Part shown: positions 63,558 to 64,000 of the stretch, piece after piece
Numbering within the stretch: position 1 is the stretch's first letter
Layout: every line of letters starts with the position of its first letter
IMG/VR virus record: IMGVR_UViG_3300037067_027684
Coordinates: 96,001 to 160,000 of that record
DNA: 64,000 bases
Source: a virus
Lineage: Duplodnaviria > Caudoviricetes
Strand: one strand, 5' to 3'
The notes under the pieces: generated by a model
Told to the model about the DNA's origin: nothing
Seen by the model: only the letters and a program-made list of their open reading frames with translations
Databases searched by the model: none
Made by a program: the position numbers and the translations under genes

Positions 63558-63991
63558 TCTCCGTAAGAGTATTCGCCTCGGCTGAGGATTAGGTCGATGT
63601 ATTTCTTTGCTGTTGCGATTGAGTTGGAATTACCCGCTCCTACGCAGCAGAAGTTGGGGCCTGGGCTGTCAACGAATCCTTTGGGGTAGTAGAGGTAGAC
63701 TGCGGTCCTGCGGACTGGCTGAGAAGCGGTGAATCGGGCACTGTTTCTTACAATGATGCATCCTCGGTGGATGGTGTAGGTTTCCCGTTTGCCGAAGGGC
63801 TTTCGGAAGAATCCTGGGCAATTTCGCTGCATGTCTACGAGGCTTGCTCTGGTGTCTACTTCTCCAGATATTGATCCATGGGATTTAATGGTGATCAGGT
63901 GTTTCTTATTCTTCCTGAAGTCTCCTGGGAGGATTCGCTGTTTGAACCATGCATTTTCTTCTTCTTTTGAGGAGATGTAGGATTGCCACAA
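63542..63991 (-). CDS. Hypothetical protein (may extend beyond window)
   Basis: ORF at window edge. Confidence 0.5.
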   Translation of the reverse strand: MWQSYISSKEEENAWFKQRILPGDFRKNKKHLITIKSHGSISGEVDTRASLVDMQRNCPGFFRKPFGKRETYTIHRGCIIVRNSARFTASQPVRRTAVYLYYPKGFVDSPGPNFCCVGAGNSNSIATAKKYIDLILSRGEYSYGEWDRI

Positions 63992-64000
63992 TTGTCGTTC

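Noticed and set aside
1-64000. Stop-codon reassignment (alternative genetic code)
   Set aside because: Long conserved genes (ligA, AAA+, helicase, sigma) are intact in the standard code, and TAA, TAG and TGA all end genes at sensible positions.
1-64000. CRISPR array, tRNA or rRNA genes
   Set aside because: No regularly spaced repeat-spacer array and no cloverleaf with a T-loop and acceptor stem was found by eye. The 46-bp repeat has only two copies, 334 bp apart.

Overview
This 64 kb window is best read as a segment of a large (jumbo-type) dsDNA bacteriophage genome in standard genetic code. It has about 140 tightly packed, mostly short genes. They run on + up to about 55.1 kb, with a few minus-strand islands, and on - after that. 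No rRNA, tRNA, CRISPR array or housekeeping operon was seen. Recognisable genes: sugar-nucleotide SDR, two glycosyltransferases, XRE HTH protein, PLD-like nuclease, LAGLIDADG and HNH endonucleases, SF2 helicase, stand-alone ligase adenylation domain, intein-split Ycf46-like AAA+ ATPase with DUF6744/DUF1257/DUF2997-like and WGR partners, SLOG protein, NAD-dependent DNA ligase, oversized sigma70-family factor, GHKL ATPase, C39-like peptidase, ubiquitin-like (multi-ubiquitin) domain protein and a BNR propeller protein. Several families are ones I recall from Planctomycetota, which is only a tentative host hint. The strongest unexplained signal is a short peptide tag, [LM]G[DEN]RxL[DE]L, found 10 times at or near the N- or C-termini of 9 mostly unrelated proteins, including the AAA+ ATPase module. 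This suggests a phage-encoded tag-and-hub system. Other notable signals are a six-copy intergenic motif CCTCCC-N16-TGCCAY, two homologous GC-rich elements at divergent junctions, candidate structured RNAs, and single genes bracketed by duplicated stop/RBS/start junctions. All family assignments come from motif reading by eye, not from database searches.
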